Numbered from the stretch's first letter, positions 1-10,853 are shown. The stretch: 64,000 nt of DNA from Clostridia bacterium (GCA_017465865.1 JAFTVF010000015.1:428-64427), one strand, 5' to 3'. The notes: generated by a model not told the origin, from the letters alone. A program made the numbers and translations.

Positions 1-1
1 T

Positions 2-1024
2 TTGGATAATATTGCGAGCTTTATTCGGCGCATAGGGTATATGCCGACAGCTAGCCATCTCTTTAATAATACGCAGCCGCCGTTGTTTACCTGTGCGGTA
101 TTCGATTATTGGCAATACAGTAAAGACGACGAAGTATTAAAAGAGTATTTTGACGCGATATTGACGGAATATGCATTTTTCAAGCGAGAACGAACGACTG
201 AAATCGGACTTGCGCAATACGGTCATTTTGATTATGCGGACAACGTTGTAAAAGGGATTTACGAGTATGCCTCTAAGCGTTTAGATATCGTAAAAGACGG
301 GGAAGCCGAACAAAGACGATTTGCTTATAATATCTCTGCGATCGGTGAAAGCGGCTGGGACTTTACTCCCCGTTTTGCAAGTGATAGTGAGCTTTTCGTT
401 CCGCTTGATTACGTGCAGGTGGAGCTGAATAGTTTGTTGTACGATATGGAGAAGAAAATTGCTCAAATTTATTCTTTGATAGGGGATAATGTAAACAGCG
501 AGAAATTTACAGAATATGCGAATCAAAGAAAACGGTTGATGGAAAAATATATGCGCAGCGATGCCAACGGCATATATTACGACTATAATTTCGCGGAAAA
601 ACGTTTTTCGAAGCTGGCAAGCGCGGCATCCTTTTATCCGTACGTATTCGGGGTTACGGACGATAAAACAGGACTTATCAATTTATTGAAGTTGTTGGAG
701 CTTGATTTTGGCATCTCCGCTTGCGAAGATCGCGAACAGTCGAACAATTTGCAATGGGATTATCCGATCATGTGGGCGCCGAACGTATATTTTGCGCACG
801 AGGCTTTGCGAAAAAACGGTTTGACGGACGACGCGGAGCGCATAGCAAAAAAATATATGCACGTGCTGGAAGAAAATTTCCATAAAACCGATAGGCTGTG
901 GGAAAAATATAATGCCAAAACGGGGGAAATCGCTAGCGCCAAAGAAAGCGGTGCGAATCCTATGCTCGGTTGGACGGGCGGCGTATACGCGCATTTCTAT
1001 AATCGCTACGGTAGCAGTATATAA
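2..1024 (+). CDS. Trehalase (GH37 family), 5' end cut by window edge
   Basis: The ORF is open to the window start. It carries GH37-like motifs ESGWDFTPRF and LQWDYPIMWAPN and is followed by a hairpin terminator. Confidence 0.8.
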   Translation: MDNIASFIRRIGYMPTASHLFNNTQPPLFTCAVFDYWQYSKDDEVLKEYFDAILTEYAFFKRERTTEIGLAQYGHFDYADNVVKGIYEYASKRLDIVKDGEAEQRRFAYNISAIGESGWDFTPRFASDSELFVPLDYVQVELNSLLYDMEKKIAQIYSLIGDNVNSEKFTEYANQRKRLMEKYMRSDANGIYYDYNFAEKRFSKLASAASFYPYVFGVTDDKTGLINLLKLLELDFGISACEDREQSNNLQWDYPIMWAPNVYFAHEALRKNGLTDDAERIAKKYMHVLEENFHKTDRLWEKYNAKTGEIASAKESGANPMLGWTGGVYAHFYNRYGSSI

Positions 1025-1066
1025 ACCTAGGTAAGCAATCAGCGCAATCAAAAAGACAATAAACGG

Positions 1067-1098
1067 AAAACGGCCGAGTGAAAACTCGGTCGTTTTTA
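1067..1098. terminator. Bidirectional intrinsic terminator between convergent trehalase and MFS genes
   Basis: The hairpin is AAAACGGCCGAGT-gaaa-ACTCGGTCGTTTT, flanked by A and T runs. Confidence 0.7.
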
Positions 1099-1111
1099 TC
1101 GTAAAAATCGT

Positions 1112-2320
1112 TTATTCCGCTTGCTTTTTCTTGAACAATCGCGCATAGGGCAGGGAAACGACTACGCCTACGAGCATTAAGCCCGTCCAGATCAAAATCA
1201 AATTTCCCCAGCCTATCGTGGATACCGCGTTTCCGAACAGCGAGCTGGACAACGCCGCGGCTATATAGCTTAAAAAATCCAAAAATCCCGTTACGGTGGA
1301 TACCAAGCCCGTGTCCCGTAAGCTCGGGCAGTAGCTGCTCCACGTCAGGTTGGACGCGCCGCGGGACGCCATTACCGCGAGCGTGAGGAAGATAATATTC
1401 ACGAGCGGTTGCTTGACCAAAAACGTAGCGAAGAATAACACGGAGGAGCATATGAACATTAACAAAATCGTAAGGTTCATATTGCGTTTTAACCGTTCGT
1501 AAATAAAGATCGTGATAAACGGCATGCTTGCCATAACGAAACTTGCAACGGTAAAAATCAACGTCGAACGTTTTGCGGAAAAGCCGAGGTGCTGCGCTAT
1601 GTACGTGGGCATCCAAAATACGACCGCCGTCCGTACTACGCCTGTGATCATTGCAATCAGACTGAATTTCACGATATTGCGTTTCCATAATACCTTGATC
1701 GGACTGCCGCTTTTTTTCTCGCGTTTGAAACGGTTGTAACGGATCAAACCCCGTCTTTCCATCGACAGGAACGAAGAAAAACAAACGATTGCCATAACCG
1801 CAAGGAAAAGACTTGCAATGGTGAAAGAGGTCTGCCAAGCGGCGACGGAAGCAACCAACCCCGCAAGCGGCGAGCCGAGGAATTCTGACAGGGTATAGCC
1901 AAGGCTGCATCGCGTAGTGTATATCGGCTCGGTATTTTCGGCAACGATCTTCGTCATCGGCGCGTAGATCATGGACAGGAAAAATCCCGTTGCCGCGTAG
2001 GTGATTGTTGCGCCGAGCGAATATTTCAATAGATAAGGAAATACCAGATTGGTAATGCCTGCGAAAAGCAGACCGAAGCTCAACATGTATTTTGCCTTGA
2101 TCCGTTCCCCAACGATCCCATTGATCAGTTGACCGAAAGCATACGACACGAAATAGACGGAAGAGAGGTTGCCCAGAAACGCTTCCGTCGCCGCGCCGTT
2201 TTCTAACATCTGCGGAGAAACCGTGCCGAGTACGCTCCTTGCGAAATATACCGCAAGATACGCCATAGAGCATAATAATCCCATTAAGATTGCCTTTTGT
2301 GCGTTTTTACTGATTTTCAT
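1112..2320 (-). CDS. MFS transporter
   Basis: About 12 hydrophobic segments and an MFS-like architecture. The ATG at 2320 is preceded by GAGGTG, whereas the longer ORF starts at a TTG at 2332. Confidence 0.8.
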   Translation of the reverse strand: MKISKNAQKAILMGLLCSMAYLAVYFARSVLGTVSPQMLENGAATEAFLGNLSSVYFVSYAFGQLINGIVGERIKAKYMLSFGLLFAGITNLVFPYLLKYSLGATITYAATGFFLSMIYAPMTKIVAENTEPIYTTRCSLGYTLSEFLGSPLAGLVASVAAWQTSFTIASLFLAVMAIVCFSSFLSMERRGLIRYNRFKREKKSGSPIKVLWKRNIVKFSLIAMITGVVRTAVVFWMPTYIAQHLGFSAKRSTLIFTVASFVMASMPFITIFIYERLKRNMNLTILLMFICSSVLFFATFLVKQPLVNIIFLTLAVMASRGASNLTWSSYCPSLRDTGLVSTVTGFLDFLSYIAAALSSSLFGNAVSTIGWGNLILIWTGLMLVGVVVSLPYARLFKKKQAE

Positions 2321-2328
2321 AGTACACC

Positions 2329-3180
2329 TCAATCGTTTACGCTATGCGAGTCAAGGATTTTCGCTAATTTGAAATACCGTTTTTCGCCGTCCGTATCGAT
2401 TTTATTTCTTAAATACGCGCATAACGTATCGGCGAGCGCCAACTGAGAAAACCGCATTTCCATTTCTTTGCTGGAAACGGAATTTCCGCAGGGCGCGGAA
2501 ACGAGCACCACGTCGGAGAGCTTTGCCAAAGCGGAGTTTTTATTCCCCGTCAGGCATAATACGGGCACTTGATTGGATTTCGCAAGCCTTACGGCATCCA
2601 AAATATCTTTCGTCTGCCCCGACGAGGATACGGCGATAACAAGATGATCTTTATCGAGAATAGACGCGGACGCGGCGCAGGTAAGCACGTCGCTGACGTA
2701 GGAGGCTGGAATACCGAGCGTTAATAACTGATAATAAAAATCGGTAGCCACCGCGCCCGAACGGAAAATGCCGTAAATTTCTAGCTTTTTCGCTTTTAAG
2801 ATGAGTTCCGCTGCAAGCGCAAGCGTTTTTTCATCGTTGAGCGCAAGCGTATTTTTTAACGCACCCGAAATCCCGCTTTCGACCTTGGTAAATACGTCGC
2901 GTACCCCGTCGGAATTTTCTACAACGCTGAACGGGCGGGGTTCGTGCTCGGACAACTCCGAGGCGATTTTCAGTTTCAGCGCGGGAAAGCCGCCCCCGCA
3001 AAATTTATTCGAAAAATTGATAATGCTCCCTTGCGATACGTTCGCCGTTTCCGATAACTCCGTCAAGGAATACTTCGTAAACTTTTTCGGGTCTTCCAAA
3101 ATCAGCTTCGCGATCTTCCGCTCCGTAACGCTTAAATACTCTAAATTCGCTTTCAGCTCCAAAAGTAATTTCTCCGCCAT
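2329..3180 (-). CDS. RpiR/MurR-family transcriptional regulator (HTH + SIS domain)
   Basis: It has an N-terminal HTH (LSVTERKIAKLILEDP...) and a C-terminal SIS-like segment (VIAVSSSGQTKD). The start is preceded by GGAGG. Confidence 0.85.
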   Translation of the reverse strand: MAEKLLLELKANLEYLSVTERKIAKLILEDPKKFTKYSLTELSETANVSQGSIINFSNKFCGGGFPALKLKIASELSEHEPRPFSVVENSDGVRDVFTKVESGISGALKNTLALNDEKTLALAAELILKAKKLEIYGIFRSGAVATDFYYQLLTLGIPASYVSDVLTCAASASILDKDHLVIAVSSSGQTKDILDAVRLAKSNQVPVLCLTGNKNSALAKLSDVVLVSAPCGNSVSSKEMEMRFSQLALADTLCAYLRNKIDTDGEKRYFKLAKILDSHSVND

Positions 3181-3381
3181 ACTGCCTCCTGTATTGATAA
3201 AATCTCAATTTTAATTATAACAGTATTGAGTATATCACAGCAAAATAGTAAAGTCAAGCGTTTTATGGACAAAAAAGAGGGAAAACAGAATTTCTTTGCC
3301 CGTCATATACTGAATAGTGGGAGGGAAACACTTAGAAAGGTGTGATCCGACAAATTCAGAGGAAACACGGAGAGAGATAAA

Positions 3382-4158
3382 ATGAGCCAGATTTGGATTA
3401 CGGTTTTCGGGATAGGATTTATCTTTGTGATGACTGCGCTTGGCGCGGGATTGGTTTATTTTTTCAAAAAAGGGATCTCGGCTACGGTCAACGCCGCCTT
3501 TTCGGGGTTTGCTTCGGGTATTATGCTTGCGGCTTCGGTGTGGTCGCTTCTGCTCCCCGCGATCGAACAAGCGGAAGAAAGCTGGGGGAATTTTGCCCTT
3601 ATCCACGTGCTGGCGAGTTTTTTGTTCGGCGGAGTGTTTCTTTTGATTTTTGATAAGCTCACGCGCTCAGCGTATCAAACGAGCGCGGAGCTGAAACGCT
3701 CGGCAAAACTCTTTTTCGCCGTTACGCTGCACAACGTACCCGAGGGGCTTGCCGTCGGGTTTGCGTTCGGCGCGGCGTATGCGGCGGGCACGACGGCGGC
3801 GTATCTCGCGGCGCTGGGGCTGGCGATCGGCATCGGCATACAGAACTTTCCCGAAGGCGCGGCGGTGTCCTTGCCGTTATATTCGGCGCTCGGCAATAAA
3901 AACAAGGCGTTTTTATACGGCGCGGCGAGCGGTTTGGCGGAATTGATCTTCGGAACGGTCGGGTATTATCTCGCGGCGTATTTGCAATGGTTACAGCCCG
4001 TACTGCTTGCCTTTTCGGCGGGCGCGATGGTGTTCGTGGTCGCGGAAGAGCTGATCCCCGATAGCAAAAGCGAGGGCTTGAAAATATCATCCGTCGGGGC
4101 TTGGGGGGTAATGATCGGATTTGCGGTGATGATGGCGTTAGACGTTGCGCTGGGTTGA
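3382..4158 (+). CDS. ZIP-family divalent metal transporter (ZupT-like)
   Basis: Multi-pass membrane protein with the HNVPEGLAVG motif typical of ZIP/ZupT. Confidence 0.85.
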   Translation: MSQIWITVFGIGFIFVMTALGAGLVYFFKKGISATVNAAFSGFASGIMLAASVWSLLLPAIEQAEESWGNFALIHVLASFLFGGVFLLIFDKLTRSAYQTSAELKRSAKLFFAVTLHNVPEGLAVGFAFGAAYAAGTTAAYLAALGLAIGIGIQNFPEGAAVSLPLYSALGNKNKAFLYGAASGLAELIFGTVGYYLAAYLQWLQPVLLAFSAGAMVFVVAEELIPDSKSEGLKISSVGAWGVMIGFAVMMALDVALG

Positions 4159-4189
4159 CAAAACGGAAATTCTATGATATAATACGGGT

Positions 4190-4651
4190 ATGATTGATAT
4201 ATCGCATTTGGAACAATATAAAGAGAACCACCGTATCGAGGCGAAAGAAGCCATGGGCGGACTGCCGCGCAGTATTTGGGAAACCTATTCCGCGTTTGCC
4301 AACACTTCGGGCGGGGTGATCCTGCTCGGCGTTACCGAACGGAAAAAGGACAAAAGTCTGCAACCCGTGGATCTGCCCGATCCGCACCGTTTGATCGCGC
4401 AATTTTGGGAGCTTGTCAACGACAAGCGGGTGGTGAATATCAATATCCTCGAAAAATCGGATATCACGGTGGAAAAAGTGCAGGGCAAAGAGATCGTCGT
4501 GATCGCCGTGCCCGAAGCCCGTCGCAGTCAAAAGCCCGTATACATAGGCGGTAACCCGTTTACGGGCGCATATTATCGGGACGGAGAAGCGGATATTCGG
4601 TGCAGCGAAGCGCGCGTACAGCGTATGCTCCGCGCGGCGAAAGGGGAATAA
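4190..4651 (+). CDS. Short AlbA_2 (Schlafen-like) domain protein
   Basis: The segment RIEAKEAMGGLPRSIWETYSAFANTSGGVILLGV resembles the AlbA_2/divergent AAA-4 DNA-binding domain. At 153 aa it is much shorter than typical family members. Confidence 0.5.
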   Translation: MIDISHLEQYKENHRIEAKEAMGGLPRSIWETYSAFANTSGGVILLGVTERKKDKSLQPVDLPDPHRLIAQFWELVNDKRVVNINILEKSDITVEKVQGKEIVVIAVPEARRSQKPVYIGGNPFTGAYYRDGEADIRCSEARVQRMLRAAKGE

Positions 4652-4805
4652 ATAACAACGGAATACGGAAAAAGTCTTTTGCGAACAACGCAGAGGACTT
4701 TTCTTTTTTACGGAAACTTTACCGTCGCTATACTAAAAAGTGGTGGAAACGCGAAAAATAAAGTTGTATAATAAGTTTGCAAATCAAAGAAAGGAGAAAA
4801 AACAA

Positions 4806-5744
4806 ATGAATAAGAAAGTAACAAGTATGATTGCGGCAACGATGGCGACGGTTTGCGCGTTCGGGTTTACGGCGTGCGGCGGCGCAAAGGAAAAGAACAT
4901 TACCGTAGTCGTCCGCGAGGCGGCGAGCGGTACGCGCGAGGCGTTCGATAAAGTCGTAACGGACGGCGAGCACTATTTACAGGAAAAGGACGAAAGCGGC
5001 AACACCGTTTACAACACGACGAAATCGGCGGTACAGCAGACCTCGACGGGGACGGTTTTGTCGGCGGTCGCAAACGATAAAAACGCGATCGGGTATATCT
5101 CGCTCGGCTCGGTAAACGACGGCGTGAACGTCGTAAAGGTAGGCGGGGTAACGCCGTCTAACGAAACGGTATTGAGCGGGGAGTACAGTATTCAACGCCC
5201 GTTCGTTGTGATGACGAACGCGAATGTGGAGCTGACCGCACGCGCGCAGGATTTTATGAACTATCTGCATAGCGACGAGGTGCAAGCGCACGCGGAAACG
5301 GCGGGGGTGATCTTCCTTGAAGACGAAACGAAACGCGCGAACGCGGGCGAAACCGCAATTCCCGTGATCGAATATTCTCCGCTGGAAAATCTCCCCGAGG
5401 GAGATAAGATCGTGATCCGCGGCTCGACTTCGATGGAAAAATTCATCAACGCAGCGGCGAAAGGCTATGCCGAGCAGTACGAGGCAAAAGCGGAGAATAT
5501 CTTCGATATCCAGCTCAACGGCTCGTCCGAGGGTAAGAAAAAGGTGATAGAGGATACGACGGGCAATACGATCGGGCTTTCCTCTGCGAAAGTCGCGGAC
5601 GAGAAAATCCACAGCTTCAACGTCTGTCTGGACGCGGTGGCGGTGGTCGTGAATAAGTCGAATACGACGGTTACCGATCTAACCTTGCAACAGCTCTACG
5701 AGATCTTTTCGGGCAAAGTAACCAAATTCAGCGCGTTGGAATAA
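4806..5744 (+). CDS. pstS: Phosphate ABC transporter substrate-binding lipoprotein PstS (domain order appears permuted)
   Basis: The start is preceded by AAAGGAG. The lipobox is FGFTACGG. PstS/PhoT-family motifs SGTREAF, AIGYISLG, GSTS and DAVAVVVNKSN are present. It is the first gene of the pst operon. Confidence 0.85.
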   Translation: MNKKVTSMIAATMATVCAFGFTACGGAKEKNITVVVREAASGTREAFDKVVTDGEHYLQEKDESGNTVYNTTKSAVQQTSTGTVLSAVANDKNAIGYISLGSVNDGVNVVKVGGVTPSNETVLSGEYSIQRPFVVMTNANVELTARAQDFMNYLHSDEVQAHAETAGVIFLEDETKRANAGETAIPVIEYSPLENLPEGDKIVIRGSTSMEKFINAAAKGYAEQYEAKAENIFDIQLNGSSEGKKKVIEDTTGNTIGLSSAKVADEKIHSFNVCLDAVAVVVNKSNTTVTDLTLQQLYEIFSGKVTKFSALE

Positions 5745-5750
5745 CAGGAA

Positions 5751-7580
5751 ATGATGACGAATACCAAGGTAAAAGAAAAAATAGGCAAATCGGCGTTTAC
5801 GGCGGCGGCAGTGCTCTGCATTATCGCCGTTGCCGCCATATTCGTTTTCCTTATCGTCAAGAGCCTGCCCGCCTTTAAGAAGATCGGCTTTTTCGATTTC
5901 CTGCTTGGGGATAACTGGTCGCCTGATAAAGGGGATACCTACGCAGGCGAAAGCCTCGCAGGCTCGTACGGCATTTTCACGATGATCGTCGGCACGCTCG
6001 CCGCAACGGTCGGCGCGCTTTTGCTCGGCGGCGTGTTCGGGTATTTCACCGCCGTATTTCTGGCGTATTTCTGTCCGCGACGATTAAAACGGGTATTTTC
6101 GTCGGTTATCAACCTGCTTGCGGGCATACCGTCCGTCGTTTACGGCTTTTTCGGGATCGTGTTCCTGCTCTCCAAGCTCTCGGTGATCGCGCCCAACAAC
6201 GGCAGCGGTCTGCTCGCGACCTCGATCATACTCGGCATTATGATCCTGCCCACCGTCGTTTCCCTGTCGAGAACCAGCCTCGAAGCCGTACCGCGTAGTT
6301 ATTACGAGGGCGCTGTCGCGCTCGGCGCAACGCATACGCAGGCGGTATTCAAGACCTGCGTTCCCGCGGCGAAATCGGGGATCACCGCTTCGCTCGTGCT
6401 TGGCGTGGGCAGAGCGCTCGGCGAAACGATGGCTGTCGTTATGGTCGCGGGGAATTCTCCGACCTATCCCAACAGCCTGTTTAACAGTTTTCGGGTCATG
6501 ACCGCGAATATCGTTATGGAAATGGGCTATGCGGGCGAGGTGCAGGAGGGCGCGCTGGTCGCAACGGGCGTGGTGCTGCTCCTGTTCGTGCTCGTAGTCA
6601 ATCTCCTGTTTTCGCTGGTTTCAAAGAAAACCGTCCGCGCGGCGGTCAAGCCGAAAAATAAGACCGTTGTCCGCAAAAAGACTTTTCACGGCGTCGCGCG
6701 GCTGCGAGATCGTTTCGGAAATATCGCGTACAAACTGAAAACCTCGTATATCGGCAGAGCGTTTGCGATCGGCGCGGGCGTGCTTTCGGGCGGTATTCTC
6801 GTGCTCGTGATCGGGTTTATCTTCGCACAGGGCTTACCGCATTTGCTCAAAAATCCCAAAATTCTATACGGGAAATTCGAGTTCGGCAGTGAAAATATCA
6901 CGATCTTCCCGTCTATCGTTTCTACCTTAATGGCGGTGGGGCTGAGCCTCTTGATTGCGATCCCCATAGGGGTTATGACGGCGATCTTCTTAAACGAATA
7001 CGCGCGAAAAGAAAATATCTTTATCCGTATCGTCCGCAGCGCGATCGATATCCTTTCGGGCGTGCCGTCTATCGTTTACGGCTTGTTCGGTATGATCGCG
7101 TTCGTGGGCTTGCTCGGCGGAAAAAGCTCTATCCTCGCCGGCTCGCTGACGATCAGTATCATGCTGCTCCCCACCGTCGTCCGCTCGACGGAGGAGAGCC
7201 TGAAATCGGTCGCGGACAGCCTGCGTGAGGGGAGTTTAGCGCTCGGCGCGGGTAAGATGCGTACGATATTTAAGGTCGTGCTCCCGTCCGCGCTGCCCGG
7301 GATCTTGTCTGCGATCATTTTAAGTATAGGGCGCGTGATCAGCGAATCCGCGCCGTTTATGTACACGATGGGCTCGGTGATCACGGCAACGCCAAGCTCG
7401 TATCTGGACAGCGGCGCAACGCTCGCCGTCGCCTTGTACCGCTTGGCGGGCGAGGGCTGGTATATGCAAGAAGCGTACGCCACGGCGGTCGTGCTTATCG
7501 CGCTCGTGTTGGGGTTGAACCTTTTCGCCGAATGGATCGGCGGTCGATTGCGGAAAAAACTAAAAGGAACGGAACAATGA
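5751..7580 (+). CDS. pstCA: Fused phosphate ABC permease PstC-PstA
   Basis: The 609-aa protein has two permease halves, each with an EAA-type loop ([16 protein letters not shown] and [16 protein letters not shown]). Confidence 0.9.
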   Translation: MMTNTKVKEKIGKSAFTAAAVLCIIAVAAIFVFLIVKSLPAFKKIGFFDFLLGDNWSPDKGDTYAGESLAGSYGIFTMIVGTLAATVGALLLGGVFGYFTAVFLAYFCPRRLKRVFSSVINLLAGIPSVVYGFFGIVFLLSKLSVIAPNNGSGLLATSIILGIMILPTVVSLSRTSLEAVPRSYYEGAVALGATHTQAVFKTCVPAAKSGITASLVLGVGRALGETMAVVMVAGNSPTYPNSLFNSFRVMTANIVMEMGYAGEVQEGALVATGVVLLLFVLVVNLLFSLVSKKTVRAAVKPKNKTVVRKKTFHGVARLRDRFGNIAYKLKTSYIGRAFAIGAGVLSGGILVLVIGFIFAQGLPHLLKNPKILYGKFEFGSENITIFPSIVSTLMAVGLSLLIAIPIGVMTAIFLNEYARKENIFIRIVRSAIDILSGVPSIVYGLFGMIAFVGLLGGKSSILAGSLTISIMLLPTVVRSTEESLKSVADSLREGSLALGAGKMRTIFKVVLPSALPGILSAIILSIGRVISESAPFMYTMGSVITATPSSYLDSGATLAVALYRLAGEGWYMQEAYATAVVLIALVLGLNLFAEWIGGRLRKKLKGTEQ

Positions 7581-8353
7581 AAATAGCAGAACAACTATTC
7601 GGACAAAATATCAGCGTGAAGAACGCAAATTTGCATTACGGGGAGTTCCAAGCCTTGAAAAACATCTCTATCGAGATCCCCGAAAAAGAGATAACGGCGT
7701 TTATCGGTCCGTCGGGTTGCGGAAAATCCACCTTTTTGAAATGCTTCAACCGCATGAACGATCTCGTCGCAGGCTGTAAGATCGAGGGGGAATTCCGTAT
7801 CGGCGAAACGGATATCTACGCCAAGGAAACGGACGTCAACGCCCTGCGCAAAAACGTCGGTATGGTATTCCAAAAACCCAACCCCTTTCCTATGAGCGTA
7901 TACGACAATATCGCCTACGGACCTCGCACGTTCGGGGTGCGTAAACGCGCGGAGCTTGACGGGATTGTAGAAAGCTCTTTGCGCGCCGCCGCAATGTGGG
8001 AGGAGCTGAAAGACCGTTTGGATAAATCCGCGCTGGGGCTGTCGGGCGGGCAGCAGCAACGGCTGTGTATCGCGCGTGCGCTTTCGGTAAAGCCCAAGAT
8101 TATTTTAATGGACGAGCCGACCTCTGCGCTCGACCCCATTTCCACGGGCAAGATCGAGGAGCTTTGCGACGAGTTGAAAAAGACGACTACGATCGTGATC
8201 GTTACGCACAATATGCAACAGGCGGCGCGTATCTCGGATAGGACGGGGTTTTTCCTTTTAGGTAAGCTGGTGGAATACGGGGATACGGACAAAATTTTTA
8301 CTTCGCCGAAAGACGAGAGAACGGAACGGTATATCACGGGCAGATTTGGATAA
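7577..8353 (+). CDS. pstB: Phosphate ABC transporter ATP-binding protein PstB
   Basis: Walker A is GPSGCGKST, the signature is LSGGQQQR and Walker B is ILMDEP. The ATG overlaps the pstCA stop (ATGA). Confidence 0.95.
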   Translation: MKIAEQLFGQNISVKNANLHYGEFQALKNISIEIPEKEITAFIGPSGCGKSTFLKCFNRMNDLVAGCKIEGEFRIGETDIYAKETDVNALRKNVGMVFQKPNPFPMSVYDNIAYGPRTFGVRKRAELDGIVESSLRAAAMWEELKDRLDKSALGLSGGQQQRLCIARALSVKPKIILMDEPTSALDPISTGKIEELCDELKKTTTIVIVTHNMQQAARISDRTGFFLLGKLVEYGDTDKIFTSPKDERTERYITGRFG

Positions 8354-8369
8354 ATGTATTTTCAAAGTA

Positions 8370-8398
8370 TTGCAAATTTTCAAAAAATATAGTATAAT
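8370..8398 (+). promoter_or_regulatory. Sigma-A type promoter upstream of the response regulator / kinase pair
   Basis: TTGCAA, 17 nt, TATAAT. Confidence 0.55.
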
Positions 8399-8472
8399 AG
8401 GAAAGAAGATACGTCGATAAGAAAAGTATTCGGGGACGAGCTTTTTATTACGGGGGTGCATACAAAATTCTG

Positions 8473-9144
8473 ATGGCAAAAAAACCTTTGATTTATATCG
8501 TCGAGGACGACGAGGGAATACAAGAAGTCTACGAGGGCGCGTTCGAGGACAGCTACGACGTCCGAATTTTCGGTACGGGCGGGGAGTTTTTCGCCGAATT
8601 TTACACGGCGAAACCCGACCTTATCATTCTTGACGTAATGCTGCCCGATATGGACGGATATACGATCCTTACGCGGATACGGGAAACGGACGAGCGCGTG
8701 CCCGTCATTATCGTCAGCGCGAAATCGGACGAAATCAGCTTTGTGAAAGGTCTGAACAAAGGCGCAGACGATTATATGGCAAAGCCCTTTTCCGTACTCG
8801 AACTTTTGGCGCGGGTCAAGACCAACCTCCGCCGCACGAGCCTGTTCGTGGAAAAGGCGCACGGGTTCGTCGTCGATAGCAATACATATAAGATTTTTTA
8901 CGACGGGAAAGAGCTCGGATTAACCCTCAAAGAATTCAAGCTGCTCCGAATTTTGATCGGCAAAGCGGGTATCACCGCCTCGCGCGACGAGTTGTTCCGC
9001 GAGGTATGGGGGGAGGACTATTTCGGCGAAACGCGGACTTTGGATATGCACGTTGCGGCGCTTCGCGAAAAGATCAAAGCCGCGGGCGGCGGAGACCCCA
9101 TTATCACCGTGCGCGGGGTCGGTTATCGGTTTGAGAATACGTAA
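8473..9144 (+). CDS. OmpR-family response regulator (PhoP/PhoB-like by context)
   Basis: Receiver domain (DLIILDVMLPDMDG) plus a winged-helix output domain (TVRGVGYRF). It lies directly downstream of pstSCAB. Confidence 0.85.
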   Translation: MAKKPLIYIVEDDEGIQEVYEGAFEDSYDVRIFGTGGEFFAEFYTAKPDLIILDVMLPDMDGYTILTRIRETDERVPVIIVSAKSDEISFVKGLNKGADDYMAKPFSVLELLARVKTNLRRTSLFVEKAHGFVVDSNTYKIFYDGKELGLTLKEFKLLRILIGKAGITASRDELFREVWGEDYFGETRTLDMHVAALREKIKAAGGGDPIITVRGVGYRFENT

Positions 9145-9150
9145 CTACCA

Positions 9151-10851
9151 ATGAAGAATAAAACGTTTTTGAAAATATTAGGCGTAACGGCGCTGTCGCT
9201 GATCCTGTTCTTCGTCGCGGGCGTCGCTATCATGTACGCCAACGGCAGAAAAATGATCCGCGAACGCCTCTCCACGGAAACCCGCTTGGTGGCGCGTCTT
9301 TTGGACGAAACTACCGATTACGAGGAGTTCGAGGCGTATTACAATAACGACGAGCTGCGCGTTACCCTCATTTCCGTTACGGGCGAAGTCCTTTTCGAGA
9401 GCGACACGAACGCAGGGCTTGAAAACCACCTCGACAGAAAGGAAGTACAGTACGCGTTGCAAGACGAGTCGCGTGCGGTGGAACGCTATTCGGATACCTT
9501 CGATTGCAAGATGACCTATTTCGCCGTGGTCGATACGTTAAACGACGGTACGGAGGTGATCGTCCGTCTGGCGATCCGCAGCAGCGAGATCAGTTCGTAT
9601 ATCTTTGCTTCGTTGCCGTTTTTCCTCATTTCGCTCGTGCTTGCGATGATCATCGCTTCGGGCTTGGCGAAAAAAATATCGGGAACGTTCTCCGAAAAGA
9701 TCATGGAAGTGGGCGACAGCTTGAAGAGCCTTAACGCGGGTCAATACAAGCCCTTAAAAACGGATACCTCCGAGCCGGAATTTTATTCGGTGTTCAAGGA
9801 GATCAACGAGCTGAACGAAAGCACGCACGATTATATGCGCCGTGAAGCGCGCGAGCGTCAAAAATTGAACGCCGTGCTCGACAACGTAGCGCAGGGCATC
9901 GTTGCGTTGAATACGAATAGAGAGATCGCGTTCGTCAACGGCAGTGCGTTGAAGATCTTCGACGGCGCACCCGTCGTTGTGGGCAAAACCCTGATCCATC
10001 TTATCGACGACGCGCGGCTTTGCGGAGAAATCGCAGAGCGTATCGGTACGGAAAATTTCCTGTTCGAATACGAAATGCAGGGCAGAGTACTCTCGGTGGC
10101 GGGCAGAAAGATCACGGGCGAACAGGACGAAAAGGCGCTTACCGATATCCTGATCTTTACCGATATTACCTCCTCTAGAGAGATCATACGGCAAAAGAGC
10201 GACTTTTTCGCCAACGCCTCGCACGAGCTGAAAACTCCGATCACGGTCATGCGCGGACTTACCGAATTGTTGCTTGAAAAGGAAAACCTCGACGAGCAGG
10301 AGAAAAAACAGATCGGGCGTATCCATAAAGAGAGCTTGCGAATGTCCAGCCTGATCTCGGATATGTTAAAGCTCAGCAAACTCGAACGCGGCGAGGAAGA
10401 AGAACTCGTAGAAGTCGAGCTGAAAGAGATCGCCGCCGAGGTCGTAGCCGAGCTTTTAGAAGAATGTCGCGCGAAAAATCTTTCCGTGGAAGTGATAGGG
10501 GAGGGCAAAGTCTTTGCCGACCCGAAAAAGATCTTCGAGCTGATACAAAACCTCTGCTCCAACGCCGTGAACTACAATAAACAGGACGGCAGTATCAAGA
10601 TCACGATTTCAGAGAAAAACGCCTCCGTCGTGTTGGAGGTCGCGGACAGCGGTATCGGTATTGAAAAGGAGCATATTCCTCGGCTGTGCGAACGGTTTTA
10701 CCGCGTAGACAAATCCCGTTCAAAAAAGACGGGCGGTACGGGCTTGGGACTTGCGATCGTCAAACATATCTGCGCCCTGTACGGCGCGGAGCTGTCGATC
10801 GACAGCGAGATCGACCGCGGCACTTGCGTAACGGTTATATTCAAAAGATAA
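9151..10851 (+). CDS. Sensor histidine kinase (PhoR-like by context)
   Basis: N-terminal TM segments, a PAS-like region, the H-box FFANASHELKTPIT and an HATPase_c region (GGTGLGLAIVKH). Confidence 0.85.
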   Translation: MKNKTFLKILGVTALSLILFFVAGVAIMYANGRKMIRERLSTETRLVARLLDETTDYEEFEAYYNNDELRVTLISVTGEVLFESDTNAGLENHLDRKEVQYALQDESRAVERYSDTFDCKMTYFAVVDTLNDGTEVIVRLAIRSSEISSYIFASLPFFLISLVLAMIIASGLAKKISGTFSEKIMEVGDSLKSLNAGQYKPLKTDTSEPEFYSVFKEINELNESTHDYMRREARERQKLNAVLDNVAQGIVALNTNREIAFVNGSALKIFDGAPVVVGKTLIHLIDDARLCGEIAERIGTENFLFEYEMQGRVLSVAGRKITGEQDEKALTDILIFTDITSSREIIRQKSDFFANASHELKTPITVMRGLTELLLEKENLDEQEKKQIGRIHKESLRMSSLISDMLKLSKLERGEEEELVEVELKEIAAEVVAELLEECRAKNLSVEVIGEGKVFADPKKIFELIQNLCSNAVNYNKQDGSIKITISEKNASVVLEVADSGIGIEKEHIPRLCERFYRVDKSRSKKTGGTGLGLAIVKHICALYGAELSIDSEIDRGTCVTVIFKR

Positions 10852-10853
10852 AC

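Noticed and set aside
3203-3232. Inverted repeat CTCAAT-N18-ATTGAG upstream of the ZIP transporter as a Zur box.
   Set aside because: It does not resemble the Firmicute Zur consensus (TAAATCGTAAT-N-ATTACGATTTA). The arms are short and the spacing is too large to call.
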